Source of the DNA: the human T2T-CHM13v2.0 reference genome, Homo sapiens
DNA: 64,000 bases
NCBI RefSeq assembly: GCF_009914755.1
Contig: NC_060940.1
Strand: one strand, 5' to 3'
Shown: positions 1-14,439 of the stretch, one piece after another
Layout of the letters: each line of letters begins with the position of its first letter
How positions within the stretch are numbered: position 1 is the first letter of the stretch
Program-made: the position numbers and the translations under genes
Notes under the pieces: generated by a model
Seen by the model: only the letters and a program-made list of their open reading frames with translations
What the model was told of the DNA's origin: nothing
Databases searched by the model: none

Positions 1-1175
1 GGTCCCTGGGAGGTGACAACTGCCATCCTTTGCCTGTGCTCCCAGCTTGAGGAAGGAGGTTCCCCAATATCTTTATGTTACGAGCAGGGCGAGTCGATTC
101 CTGCAATTGTCCCACAGGTCTTGTCACCAGAAATCAAGTCCTTCTTCATCTTTTCAGTTTATGAATGGCACAAGGGCCTTAAGACCAGAATTGCAGATGT
201 AACCCCGCCATCCTCTTGACAGTCCCCCACCCCCTGCCACAGCCCATGGGGTGAGGTGGGGTCTGGGGGCACCAGGCTTGGTCCCCAGGACTCTTTCATC
301 AGCGGCTTTGGAGAAGGGGCCTCTGGGCTGTGCTGTCCACTCCCATAGGCAGCGGCACCCCTGGTCAGGGCTTCCCGGACCAAGAACATGCCTCGAGCGT
401 GTTTGCTGGGGGCTCCTTCTGCCTCGAGGAGCTGTGCACAAGGGAGTCTCCGGGAAAGGGCGGATGACACATGCAGGGCCAGTGCCGCCAAGTTGCTGCT
501 TGTTCACTGAGTTCCAAGAGAAGCCTGTTCAATCTGGGGCAAGGCTGGGAGCAGCCACCAGTCCAGACAGCCCAGGCTGAGACCCTGGAAGGCGAAACTC
601 AAAATGTCTTCAGTTGTTTTAAGCTTTTCACATTAGGAAAGTCTCCTGAGGCGTGGAGAGGACATGGAGCTGCTGACGATTCTTACTCTTAAAATATTTC
701 AGATTTAGACATTTCTGAGCTCTTGGTTATGTGCCAGAGAGATTTGGCCCTGGGACACGGAGGGAGGCAATGTTCTGGAAGGTCACACCTCCCACCTTCC
801 TCTCCCCACTCCTCACTGGCTCTCCAGATCCCACGGGCACCTCCCGAGACAGGAGCAAGCAGACGTGCATTCCATCCTTAAATAGATAGGTCTGCTAGAA
901 ATTCCTTCCATCTTTGAAGCCAAAATCCACATCCCTGTAGGGTCCACCCAGCTGGCCCCATTTTCCCCTCTGAGGGGTGATCCCTCTTCTGTGTAAAATC
1001 CCCTCACAGAAGGTTTGGTGGTGAGCTCTCTGAGACCTGGGGGAGCAGACACACAGCAGACGCTTGCCCGGGGAACCTAGGCCAGCCTGAGCCTGTCACC
1101 CTGCACCTCCAGAGCCCCACACAGATGAGTGTAGGGTGGAGGTCAGGAGAAAGGCCTGCAAGCCAATGGGGGGCA

Positions 1176-1487
1176 GGGAGGGCTTCCTGGAGGAGGCAGC
1201 TTGGGGTGGGGAGGGCTTCCTGGAGGAGGCAGCTTGGGGTGGGGAGGGCTTCCTGGAGGAGGCAGCTTGGGTGGGGAGGGCTTCCTGGAGGAGGCAGCTT
1301 GGGGTGGGGAGGGCTTCCTGGAGGAGGCAGCTTGCGGCGGGGTAGGCTTCCTGGAGGAGGCAGCTTGCAGCAGGCGAGGGCTTCCTGAAGGAGGCAGCTT
1401 GCAGCAGGAGAGGGCTTCCTGAAGGAAGCAGCTTGCAGCAGGAGAGGGCTTCTTGGAGGAAGCAGCTTGCAGCAGGAGAGGGCTTCG
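1176..1487. repeat. Minisatellite, ~33 bp unit (GAGGGCTTCCTGGAGGAGGCAGCTTGGGGTGGG), ~9.5 copies
   Basis: GAGGGCTTCC recurs at 1178, 1211, 1244, 1276, etc.; 3' units switch to a ...TTGCAGCAGGAG variant. Confidence 0.95.
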
Positions 1488-2864
1488 GAGAGGCCGGAGG
1501 GCAGAGGCTCCAGGTGCCGGCAGCACTGTTCTTTGGAGGAAGGAGCCGAGTGAAAGGGAACCAGCCAGGCTGCTCCAGGAGCCAGACAGGAAGGAGCACA
1601 GCTTTGATGATCTAACAAGGGCTCATCTTGAGGCATGGGGCTGTGGCTTCTGGGAGTCATAGCTGAACCCAGGGAAGCTTTGCCGTGCGGTGTGGGCGGT
1701 GGCAGTCTCTGTTCTGGGGCGGTGGCTGGGGGTCAGGTCGCTGTGATCCCACTCCAGCTGAGTGCCAATCCCTGCCCCACCCGGATGAGCTGCTGGGAGG
1801 TCTTCAGGGATTTGGGTGGGCTCTGCCTCTGCCACAGGGGCCCCACTGGCTCTCATCCACTTCCCTGGGCAAGACAGGGGACTCAGGCCCAGGAGTTGCC
1901 TGACCCTGAGCAGGATGGACTTCTCCATGGGGGTTCCAGCCACTCTGGCTGGAGTTTCCCTCTGAGGCCAGCACTGCCCCGGTGCAATGGCAGCATTGCA
2001 GGGCGCTTGTTTGAGGATGACCTTTTCTTTGTGTGGTGGCATCACCACGGCCCCTCTGCCAGGTCTCTCCCCGGGGAGCCTGCTGTGATGGAGGCAGCGC
2101 ACGGCACGGCTAGGGGGACGCAATGGCATTTGCGGATGAGGAAGGAACGGGAGAAGGGCCCTGCTCGGCCTGACTGGCTTACACCATTGTCCCTTGATTG
2201 CCTGACCTGGGAAAAGGAAACTGGAATTTCTCCCAACTCTGCAGTGGGGCATCTTCTCTTGGTCAAAGTCACTTTGATTTCAACAAAGTTGATTCTACTC
2301 CCAGAGCCACTGGGTTGCTGGAGGCACAGCCACTGCAGTTCGCAACAGTCCTGCCCGGGTGGTGAGGGTGGGAGGTGGCCATGGATGGAGGCTGGATTTA
2401 CAGTCGGGAGACCCAAGTTTAAAGTCAGCCTCCACCCCTCTGAGCCTGTCACCCTGCATCATCTTATCATCTTCAGTCCAGGTCCTCGGATATTCGATAT
2501 CTTTTCTTCCTCTCTAGAGTGAAAACCTGCGTGTGACGGGTGCAGCATCCCCCAGGGCCCCGACACTGCTCACAGGCGCCATGCTCGGTGCTGCCATCCT
2601 CTATCCTAAGCCAGAAACCCACCACCTAGCAGCAGGGAGCGCTTCTCTCGGTGGCTCCATTTCTTGTATACAAAGGGAGCCTCAGAGGTTGGCACACCAT
2701 TGTGTCTAACACTTGCATAGAGCACGTGATTCCCCTTGGAATAATGAACAAGTGAGTCGTGAGTGGGCCGCCTTCTTCACCCACCCAGCCCCTGGGGAGC
2801 TCCATGATGACTCCAGCCTCTTCCAAGCTGGTTGTCTCACTCTAAGAGCCCGTTCTCAGAGCTA

Positions 2865-3180
<316 letters not shown>

Positions 3181-3227
3181 CTAAAGCCGTTGGGAGCGTG
3201 CTTTGTACGTGAGAGGATGGAAGATAA

Positions 3228-3543
<316 letters not shown>

Positions 3544-5297
3544 GTGGCCACGCTTCTCTAAGCGATGATTATTTGGAAGAGAACCCTCTCTTGTACTCAG
3601 TGAACAGTGGGATGCAGAGGCAGACGCTCACCCGAACAGCCTCTCCAGGGCACCGTCAGGCGAGTAGGGGACACAGGCATCTCCTGAGCGTTTGGGCAGG
3701 TCACCATTTGTAGCCACGTCCAGGAATTCCCAGGAGCTGTTGAGGAGCCTGCTGGGAGTGGTCATGAGATGCCGTCCCTGTGGGCACCACTGGTATGGGG
3801 CAGGGCCAGCTTTGTCTCCGCCCAGCTCTCTTGTCCCTTCTGTCTCTGTGTACATCCTTTTTGTGGGTTACTGAGAAACAGGCCTCACCTTTCTGCCCCT
3901 GCCACCTGAGCCCCCTCCTCAGATCTCCACTCGGGGCTCAGCATCCCAGGCTGCAGGCAGGAGGGGGTAACTATCAGGGTGACAGTCCTGATGACTGTTA
4001 CCCAATTCCTAGTTCACCAGCAACTGCAGGCCCTCCTCCCCCAATCCTTGTTACATATACATTGTTGTGCTCACTATAAAGACAGGGAAGCTGAGGCTCA
4101 GGGAAGCCCTGAGCTCCACCATGGCAGGGCTGAGCCTGGCTCACGGGCAGTTCGTTGCCAGGCAGCCCTGTGCAGAGCAGATGCTGCTGAGAACAGCTGG
4201 GCTCTCGGTCAGGACAGTGGCCCTGTTCTTCCTGGGTAGTGGGAGACTCGGGGGGTAACCAATGCCAGGGAGGACGCAGGAGCTGCAGGGGCGGTGGTTA
4301 CCTGCCGTCTGACCCGCTGTTCCCGCTGCTGTCGGAGTGCTGGGAATCAGCCTCTTATGAAACAATTCCACACAAGCCCAGATGATATTAATGATAAAAA
4401 TGCTTCATCTCTGAGTCTGGCCAATGGAGTCTCACTCAAGATAAAATTCATTCCTTTTTTAAGAGTGGATATATTTATATTTGGTGCTCTGTGTGTCTTA
4501 AAAATCTGTTTCAGTGGCTGCTTCCTTTGGCCCGGAAGCGCGGCCCACCCTGCCTGACTTCCAGCACTCCGTTCCTCGGCTTCTCCATGAAAAGGAGAAC
4601 GTGTTCCGGCCACCTCCCTGGGCTCACAGCTGCCTGGGCTCGTCTGGACCTGTGGTTGAGAAAGGTTCTCCATTGCCCTGGTGGTGGAGATACAGGGTCA
4701 GGCTGTGTACAGAAGGCGCTCCACAGATGCTTGCTGGCCAAGAGTGAACAGACGTTGGGAGGAAGGACCAGCATCTGCTCCCTGCCGGAGGCTCACTTTC
4801 TGCTTGGACTCCGAGGCCCCTGTCCCTGCTGGCTGCTCTGTAGGGCCCTGCATCTGTCTGCTTTCCAGGAACCTCAGGTGTCTACCCTCGCCTCACTCTC
4901 ATCTACCTCCCAGTTCAGCAATGTGCTGTAGGGGCCAGGGTGGGGCCACCACTACAGAACCCCTCTGCCCTGGCCAGCTGTGGGGCTGCCGAAAAGGGGA
5001 GGCTTGGCAATCCCAGATGCTGCAGAAAAACAGATGTGTGGGAAGGGCGTGGAAATCAGCAGTGCCAGCCTCCTGCAGGCCCCTGAACACTCCTGTCCCG
5101 GGTGCCAGTGTGGAGCATTTGCCTTTCAGAGGTTGGGTCCCTTAGGGTTGAACTCCAATCTGACGGCTGAAGGACAGGTTCCCTACTCCCCTGGTGTCTG
5201 TCTGTTAATCCCTGCTGTGAGCTCTGGGCCTGATAGGAAAGTGTGAAGTTGTGTCTGAGGATTTGGTGTTTGCAGCCTGTCATTGTCGGAGCAATCC

Positions 5298-5445
5298 AGA
5301 GCTGTACCCTCCAGCATGCAGCCGCCAGCCATGGTGATCATTTATTAATTAATTAAAGTGAAATCAAGGTAACAATTCACTTCATCCCATGTATCATTGC
5401 ATAAGTTCTCCTGGGCCCCGTTGGCTGGGGACGTGGACACGTGTG
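5298..5445 (-). mobile_element. MER3/MER33-like hAT-Charlie fragment
   Basis: GCTGTACCCTCCAGCATGCAGCC...TTATTAATTAATTAAAGTGAAAT resembles the MER3 end and AT core. Confidence 0.5.
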
Positions 5446-5859
5446 ATTTCTGCTCTGCACCCTCACCAGCGCTGTTCTTTCCAGTGGGCCTTTCCAGCCA
5501 GGATCCCTGCCCACTTCCTTGTGCCCAGCTTTCCAGAGCCCCTCAGCCCCTCCAAGGGCCCACCACAGCCTGCAGCAGCACCTGGCCCTGGCTCCCATGG
5601 AACTCCACTGCCGGGAGGAACATTCTACTTGTGCTTCTTGGAGGCATCTCAGAAGAAAATCTCAGAACCGCAGAGTTGGAGAAGCCCTCCCGAGGGCATG
5701 GGGTCCAGCTCCACCTCCACCTTCCAGTGGGGCTGATGGCTCCGGCGGTGCCTCCACTCTCTTCCTACCTTGTCCTCCCAGCCAAGCCATGAGCCTCTTA
5801 CAGGCGGGCCCAGCATCCTCTTCAGAACATGTTTGACTCCCCCTGAAATCCTGAACCTG

Positions 5860-5965
5860 CCTGCTAAGGGGTGGGCTCCTCATCTGGAGAGTGGGAATGA
5901 CAATTATCTTCCTCTCATCAGGAGGTTGTGCAGATTGAAGGAGATATGATGCAAAGCACCCACAC
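5860..5965 (+). mobile_element. MIR core fragment
   Basis: CTCCTCATCTGGAGAGTGGGAATGACAAT...GGTTGTGCAGATTGAAGGAGAT matches the MIR core. Confidence 0.6.
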
Positions 5966-7301
5966 AGGCCACACTCAGTGCCACACACTCAGTGCCACTC
6001 ACTCAGTGTCATCGCTCTTAATGAAAGTTGCTGATGAGGTCTGGGGGCTGCTCCTGCTTCCTCTTGAAGAGGTGCTTTTGCAAGGAGCTGCTGAGAAGTG
6101 AGGCAGCTTTCCAGAGGTAATGGGGCAACTCCGCAGCTCCTGGGCTGTTATGCAGACCAGAGTGTGCTCAGAGGAGGCTTGTTCTGGGAGGAGGACTTGC
6201 TGGCCTTTGCAAGCAGTTTGCAACCTTCACATAGGACCCCTCTGGAAAACTCATCCTAGGAGTGGGGAGAGGCTTGGGAAGGGAGACCATGGATTCACAG
6301 CCCTTTATCTTATCTGGGAGGTCACGGATGCCCCGACAGCCCAGCGCTGCAGCCCGGCCGCCCCCACACCAGTGACACCAGGGCGATGGAATGCACACAC
6401 GTCCCCATCGCACTGTGGGCTCCTCCCACCCTGTTGCAGGCGAGTCTGCACGGCCAGTACAACAGCCTGGAACTGTCTGAAGATGGGAAACTGAGAAGGG
6501 CCAGGACAGAGGAATCTGCAGGGGCCAGGCCTCCATCCAGACCTCTCTCTCCAAGAGCGGAGAGAGCTGTGGGGAGGGCATTTTGACTTTTGGCGACAGA
6601 CTCACCCAGTCGCCCGGTGAGCAAGGGGGCCAGCATGTTCCCATATCCACCCGACTCAGCTCAGGAATGTGCCTGTCCAGGGCTTCACCCAGCTGCTTCT
6701 GCTCTCTGTGGCATGCTTCAACCTCAAGTGTTTGGAAGCCAAGAGCATAAAAAGGCAAACACTAACCCAATGCATTCCTTCCCCCATCATCTCAGTGTTT
6801 TATTCCTCCCAAAGAGCATCTGCTCCTGGATGTTGCAAAATCAGATTATAGCTTTTGACTGCTGCTTTGAGGAATTTGTATTGTCTCATCTGGCTAAGGA
6901 GGCAGTGTAATAACACATTGTTCACCAAAGCAAGGGACCCAGGTGCTGCCTGCGCCCTGGAGGCCAGTGGACTTGCTTCCCCTGCAAGAATTTGGACATT
7001 GGCTTGGGATCCCTTTTCTGAAGCTCTGAATCCTGGGCTCTTAAAGCCACACCCAAGTTCCATCTGGAATCCCCCTCCCCAAGCCACTGGATGATTTAGG
7101 AGCCTACTGGAAGCTAGAGCAGTAGAGGCCAAGCTGGAGACAGGGCAGCATCTGACACCCACACAGAGCAAATGCAGTGATGGGCATCAGCAGGAGTGAT
7201 GCCCTGGTGCAGAAACTCCCAGTCCTTCTGAGTCCTAATGTCCATGCCCGGCATGGGGCAGGCCACACTGAGGGGATGTCTGCATGTGCAGGAAATGTCA
7301 G

Positions 7302-8112
7302 TGCACACCCTCACACACATGCACACACACGCTCACAGGCACACACGCATGCACACCCTCACACACATGCTCTCAGGCACACACACACGCACACCCTCAC
7401 ATGCACACACACAGGCACACACGCACACCCTCACACACATGCACACACATGCTCACAGGCACACGCACGCACACCCTCACATGTGCACACACACGCTCAC
7501 AGGCACACATGCACGCCCTCACACACGTGCACACATGCTCATAGACACACACGCACACCCTCACACGTGCACACATGGTCACAGGCACACACGCACACCC
7601 TCACACACATGCACACACACGCTCACAGGCACACATGTGTGCACACCCTCACACGTGCACACACGCTCACAGGCACACACGCACACCCTCACACATGCAC
7701 ACACACCCTCACGTGCACACACATTCTCACAGGCACACACGCATGCACACCTTCACATACACACACATGCTCACATGCACACGCATGACCATACATGCAT
7801 ACTCTCATACCTGCACACTCATGCCTGCATGCTCATACACACGGAAACACACATATGCACACTCATAAATGCACATTCACATGCACACATATACACATGT
7901 ATGCACACTCACCACTCATGCACATGCCCAGACACAGATGCACACTCACGCATCCATGTTCACATACACACATACATCCCCAGCACACTCTCATGCACAC
8001 CGATATTCTCATGCACTCACACACTGTCACGTAAACCCACACACTCACATACATGTCCTTACACACATGCACACATGTACACATCCCCACACCCCATGCA
8101 GCCATACACATG
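7302..8112. repeat. Complex (CA)n-derived tract with a recurring GCACACCCTCACACA / GCTCACAGGCACAC submotif
   Basis: Seen directly in the sequence. Confidence 0.95.
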
Positions 8113-8916
8113 TGGGTGTGAATGTAGACACCTGGTCTGACTGCACTGCAAAAAGGCCTGGAGACGCCAAGGCTGGTAGTTCCCAACAGGTGTGTTGTGG
8201 GCCTAAGGAAGTCACAAGGCAGGGGCTTCCAATGACAAGAGGTTCAGAAGCAGCCTCCTGTCCATGGTTTACTAATGATGTCAGGAGCCTACAGTGTGCC
8301 AGGCACCGGACTGTGCTGCCAGCACCCTCCAGGCACCTCTTGCTCTTGTGTCCACACACCCCTGCATGGCAGGTGCTGTCCGCATCTCCTTGTCAGTAAG
8401 GGAACTTGAGGAGCTGAGGGACGTGCCCTGCCTCTGCCTCCTGTGTGAGGGCTGGAGCTCTCGCACTAGCCTGTCACAGTTGTTCTCTGTAGGTGTGTGG
8501 ATACCAGGTGGGTTTAACACACAGCAGCCTGCTTAGCCTGTGTGACACCCTGGGAGGCTCGGGGAGGCTGAGCTGCAGAGCACCTGTTGAGTGGGAAGCC
8601 CTCAGGAAGATGCGGGATGTCACCTGCACCCAGAGGGTGGTGGGGTGTGGTCCACACAACACTGGGGCCACCAGCACCAACAGCCTGAAGCCCCATGACT
8701 AGCCTGAAGCCCCATGACTGCCCGGCATTGCTTGATGCTGTTGGAACGTAGCTCAGACGCCTCCAGGCCAGGCGTGGACAGGGCAACCCAGGACCCTGAC
8801 CAGCACCAGGGTCCTTGCTCCAGAAATGAGCTTTGATGGACAGGCTCTGGCTTTATTCCGTCTCCTTCCCTGTCCCCGCTTCTACCAGATGGTAAGGAGT
8901 GGGGGAAAACAGTGAA

Positions 8917-10490
8917 TTTTTTTAGTGACATCTGTATTTAGATATAAGTCATATACCATAAAAGTCATTCTTTTAATTCAGTGTTTTTTTGTGAATTCAC
9001 AGAATTGTGCAACCGTCACCACTATCTAATTCCAGAACACTTTTATCACTCCAGAAAGAAACTCCAGGCCCTTTATCATCAGCTCCTTGTTCCTCCCCCT
9101 ACTTCTACCCCGGTCCCTGGCAACCGCCAATCCACTTCCTGCCTCCAAGGTTTCCCTGTTCTGGGCATTTCATAGAAATGGGATCATACCACACATGGCC
9201 CTTTGAAGCTGGTGTCTTTTACTCAGCATGATGTTTTCAAGGTCCCCCACACTGGGGTGTGTGTCAGCACTTCATTCCTTCTGTGGCTAAAGAACATTCT
9301 GCTGAGTAGATAGACCACATTTTGTTTATCTGTTCTTCCACTGATGGAAGTGTGGGCTGTTTCCACTTTTTGGCTATTGTGAATAATGAACATTTGTGTA
9401 CCCGTCTTTATGTGAACAAAGGTTTCCATTTCTCTAGAGTCCCCAGCTACAAGCAGCATTGCTGGTCGTACAGTCACTGTACAGTTAACATTCCAAGAGG
9501 ACTGGCCAAACTGTTTTTCCAAAGAGGTTGCCACATCTTACATTCCCACGGGCAGTGTGGGAGGGTTTCAAATTCTCCCTACTCTCATCAACACCTGTTA
9601 TTGTCTGTCTTTTTGGTGACAGCCAAGCTCCTGGGTGTGAAGTGGCATCTCATTGTGGTTTTGATTTGCCTTTCCCTGACGGCTAATGATATCAGTGTCT
9701 TTTCATGTGCTTGCTGACCATTTGTGTATCTTCTTCAGAGAAATATCTACTCAAACCCTTCACCCCATTTTTAGTTGGATTCTTGTCTTTTTATTATTGT
9801 TGCAAGAGTTCTTTATGTGTTCTACAGCCAGGTTCCCTATTGGATATATGGTTTGCAAAAGTTTTCTCTCATTCTCTGGGTTACCTTTTCACTTTCTTAA
9901 TGGTATTATTTGCAGCACAAAAGTTTTAATTTTGAGAAAGTCCAGTTTATCTACTTTTTGTCATTTGTGCTTTTGGTGTCATATGTGAGAAATCATAGCC
10001 TAACTCAAAGCCACAAAGATGTATTCCTATGTTGTCTTCTAAGAGTGTTATGGTTTCGGCTCTCACATTTAGGTTGCTACTACTTTTGGAGTTCACATTG
10101 TGTATGGTGTGAGGTAGGGGTCTAACCTCATTCTTTTGCACATGGATATCCACTAGGCCCAATACCATCTGTTGCAAAAATTATTCTTTCCCTGTTAAAC
10201 TGCCTTGGTGCCCTTGTTGGAAATCAGTGGACTGTAACTCTGAGGGTTTATTTCCAGCCCTCATTCTCAGTCCATTCCATCAATCTGCGTATCTGTGTTT
10301 ATGCCAGCTCTTGACTTCTGTGCTTTTGCCATCAGCTTTGAAAGTGGGATGCGTGAGTCCTCCAGCTTTGCTCTTTTTCAAGATTGTTTTGGCTATTCTG
10401 AGTCCCTTACATTTCCATATGAATCTCAGGATCTGCTTGTCAGTTTTGGCAAGAAAGCCAGAAGAGATTGTGATCGGGATTGCACTGACT
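8917..10490 (-). mobile_element. Ancient L1MB 3' UTR plus ORF2 3' end (degraded)
   Basis: ...TTCACAGAATTGTGCAACCGTCACCACTATCTAATTCCAGAAC L1MB 3' end; GTGAAGTGGCATCTCATTGTGGTTTTGATTTGC and TTTTGGCTATTCTG antisense ORF2 motifs; AT-rich. Confidence 0.85.
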
Positions 10491-10664
10491 CAGGGATAAG
10501 ATTTTAAAATCATCTGATTCTTTGGGAGATGTTTTTAAGGACCTAGGGAATCTTTCACCAATAATGAGTTAAAATGAAAGGGCCAGTTCTTCCCATCTCC
10601 CCCAGCCTGCCCCTCCACACTCTGTTCTCTGCAGAGCACCCAGCATTGCAATCTAGTCCTCTCC

Positions 10665-10755
10665 CACTAGAGCCCATGTCTTAGAGCAGGATTCCTTCTC
10701 TTCTTCACTGCTGCATTCCTGGTGCCTGGAGCAGAAGGACACCCACAGACTGGGC
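10665..10755 (+). mobile_element. L2 3'-end fragment
   Basis: CTTAGAGCAGG...TTCACTGCTGCATTCCTGGTGCCTGGAGCAG resembles the L2 terminus. Confidence 0.45.
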
Positions 10756-11426
10756 ATGGTGAGGGCTGGAAGACTGAGCAGACCCCACCTCCATGAGGTC
10801 CATGGGATGCAAAGCACAGAAGATTCTCAGGAGACCCCCAGAAAGAAACTGGGAGGTTTTTCCTCATCTATTTGGACAGACACCCTTCTAAGTGCTGTCT
10901 GCAGAGCCATGAGAACACGCCTCTCAGGCCTTCCATTGTGGGGAGCAGGACTGACCAGTGGCCCAGCCTCTGCATCCTGAGCTCACCTCCACATTTGCAT
11001 CAAGGCTAGCCTGACACCCAGGCAATCTGTTCCTGGGTGGTGGTGACTTTGGCTTGAGGTCCCCCCAGTGGCCCTGCTGAGCCACCGTGCAAAGGGCTCC
11101 CAACCTTCCTTCCTTTCCTCTCCGCTGCCCAGGGCCCAGACCCACGTCCCGACTGGACCTTCTCCCAACCTCCCAGGCTCCTGCCCCGGTTTTCTCACAG
11201 ATTTTCCCCTAGTGAGTCTCTCATACCTGATCCTGCCCTGTGCGTGTTGCCCAGAGGCCTAAGGCTGATGCTCACCTCTCAGGGGAAGGAGGAAGGCCTC
11301 ATAAGTGTCACAGCCTGGAGGAGTGGGCTCCGTGGTGGTGTGCTGGCAATTTGAGGAGGGTGGGACAGCGGTGACCTGTGGTGGCCAGCCCTACAGGGAC
11401 ACCTCCGAGCTGGGCCAGGAGGAGCA

Positions 11427-11862
11427 CAGTGTTCAGGACACCTGACGGGGGGAGTGCCCTCTGAGGTCCCCTGTCAGTGTTCAGGACACCTGGTGGGGGG
11501 AGTGCCCTCTGAGGTCCCCTCTCGGTGTTCAGGACACCTGACGCGGGGAGTACCCTCTGAGGTCCCCTCTCGGTGTTCAGGACACCTGACGGGGGGAGTG
11601 CCCTCTGAGGTCCCGTCTCGGTGTTCAGGACACCTGATGGGGGGAGTACCCTCTGAGGTCCCCTCTCGGTGTTCAGGACAACTGGCGGGGGTAGTGCCCT
11701 CTGAGGTCCCCTGTCAGTGTTCAGGACACCTGATGGGGGGAGTGCCCTTTGAGGTGCCCTGTCAGTGTTCAGGACATCTGACGGGGGGAGTGCCCTCTGA
11801 GGTGCCCTCTCAGTGTTCAGGACACCTGGCGGGGGGGTGCCCTCTGAGGTGCCCTCTCGGTG
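11427..11862. repeat. Minisatellite, 48 bp unit (CAGTGTTCAGGACACCTGACGGGGGGAGTGCCCTCTGAGGTCCCCTGT), ~9 copies
   Basis: Direct periodicity; gives the 16-aa repeat in the ORF track. Confidence 0.95.
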
Positions 11863-12630
11863 CCAGGGAGTGTGGTTCACTCTCCTCAAATGCTGGCCTC
11901 CAAGCCCCTCTGTCCTGTCCCTGGGATCAAAATAACAAAGCATCAGGGCCACTCTGTTAAGGCAGAAACAACCCACGTGGCAGGAGTCAGCTGTAACCTG
12001 AGGGCCTGCCCCTGCCAGAGGCCAGATCCCTCCACTGCCCAGGGTAGCCTGGCTTTGAAGAGTCAGGTCCATGACCCACCCGTGTTGTAAAACCCTTCCT
12101 AGAATCAGAAGAGCAATAACAGGTGTGCAATTCCTGTGCACTGAGTGGCCTGAGAGGGAGGGCGCTATGGGGAGCAGGGGTGCCCTCCAGTGGTGCAGTG
12201 GGGGCAGGGAGAAGCCAATGGGGAGGGAAGGGGTCATCAGGTGGGACAGCCTGGCATGAGAGCAAATCTCTGCAGAACCCTCAGATTACACGGAGGACAT
12301 CAGCTTCAGGCACCTGCTGACTTCCTCACCACCCCCAAACTCTGAGGCAGGAGAGGTTGGGGGAGGGAAGCAGAATTTCTTTGGGGAGCTGGGGGGTGGG
12401 AGCTGTTGGCTAAGACACAAGGCAGTGCCTCCCACTGCTTAAATTTTAGGGTGGCCATGAAAGGCAGAAATAAGGGTGTGCCTGGGGCTCTGGTCACATC
12501 TCACAAGTCACACATCTAACAGCCCTGCGTGCTGCCCCTTCTTCCCGGTGGAACCATTTGCACACAAAAGTGATAGCTGCACTTCCCCCTTTGTTTTTCT
12601 GTAGCCTGTGTCTTGGATCTTGTTCCTTGA

Positions 12631-12882
<252 letters not shown>

Positions 12883-12886
12883 GCTG

Positions 12887-13372
12887 CTTTTTATTTTTAA
12901 TAGGCTTTTTAAAAGAGCAGTTTTAGATTTACAGAAAAATCGAGAAGATGGCATAGAGTTTCTACTTGCCCTGCGCCCAACTGTCCACATCTCACCCTCT
13001 CACGGTGCCTTTGTTGTCACTGATGAACCCAACACTGATCCATCCTCATTCACCGTGCACCCTCACAGCCTCCTCCTGCACCAGGACCACATCCGGATCC
13101 CACCCAGGATTTGCTCGTCACGCCTCCCTCGGCTCCTCTCCAACTCCTTGTTTTTGAGGATCTTGACAGTTTTGAGGACCGCCTGGGCATTTTGTGGATC
13201 ATCCCTCAATTGGGATTGTCTAGTGTTTTTCTCATGGTTAGACTACAGCGATGAATCACTGGGAGGAAGACCCTGGGGGCGAAGTGCCCATCTCACCACA
13301 TCCCCTCAGGGGTCTACATCATCAACAGGATGCATCGCAGGGGACATTGACCTTGGCCACCTGGCTGAGGCC
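12887..13372 (-). mobile_element. L1MC 3' UTR fragment
   Basis: AGAGCAGTTTTAGATTTACAGAAAA...; TTTTCTCATGGTTAGACT; TTGACCTTGGCCACCTGGCTGAGG. Confidence 0.7.
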
Positions 13373-13999
13373 TCACTCTTTTTAAAGCTGAAACTGCAGG
13401 TCCCCAGGCTTTTATCCAAACCCTGGAGCTCGACAGGCTTTTTATTTCAGAGCTCAGGATTTTAGAAATGTAATGTACATTTACACAGCACTCCCATGGG
13501 ATCCAGGGAAATAACCCATAAGAAAGCCCATGACTGTTTCTGCACTGAAACATGAATATTTACCCTGATTGGAGAAGCAGAGAAAATAAACAGTCTCACT
13601 GCAAATTTCCAAGCAAGTTCCAGAAGAACTTTTGTGGGGACTTCAGAACAGCTAGTAAGGGATGGTGGCCTGCCCTCCGTCAGTGGTTCATTCTATAACT
13701 TACTGTGCTGGGCTCCAACTGAGGGGTGTCTGGTGGTTTCAGGGCTGTCCCTGCAGCGTTGCAGAGACAGTCCTAGTGTGGAAGTCTCTGTGAGTACCTG
13801 CCAGGTAGATTTCTGGGAGGCCACACTTGGCCCCAGGTTTTTGTGTCTTAAACTTGGATTGAGTTGGCCAAGTCGTTCGCCAACAAGGACATATTGATTT
13901 GCATTTTCGCAATGATATAGCCTGGGGCTTGTTCCTGAAGCTGCGTGCTTTCAAATGATTGATTGTGGAACACCTGATGGTGAAATCTCATTGGCTGCT

Positions 14000-14371
14000 T
14001 GTATTAGTCCATTCTCACACTGCTGATGAAGACATACCCAAGACTGGGTAATTTATAAAGGAAAGAAGTTTAATGAACTCACAGTTCCACATGGCTGTGG
14101 AGGCCTCACATTCATGGCAGAAGACAAAGGAAGAGCAAAGGCACATCTTACATGGCAGCTGGCAAAGAGAGAATGAAAACCAAGTGAAAGGGGTTTCCCA
14201 GTATAAACCCATCAGATCTCATGAGACTTCTTCAGTACCATGAGAACAGTATGGGGGAAACCACCCCCATGATTCAATTATCTCCCACCTGGTCCCTCCC
14301 ACAACACAAGGGAATTATGGGAACTACAGTTCAAGATGAGATTTGGGTGGGGACACAGCCAAAGCCTATCA
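14000..14371 (-). mobile_element. THE1 (MaLR) solo LTR
   Basis: TGTATTAGTCCATTCTCACACTGCT...GATGAGATTTGGGTGGGGACACAGCCAAAGCCTATCA. Confidence 0.92.
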
Positions 14372-14439
14372 GTACGGTAGTTCTAATTCCCAGGAGGCTC
14401 AGCCTGTTCTCATGTGGTTATAGGTTGCTGGGATTTACC

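Noticed and set aside
1635-2522. 295-aa non-repeat ORF
   Set aside because: Non-ATG start, no recognisable domain, composition typical of GC-rich non-coding DNA
7177-8140. Long His/Thr-rich ORFs (also 51478-52672 and 41184-42232)
   Set aside because: Simple-repeat artefacts open in several frames
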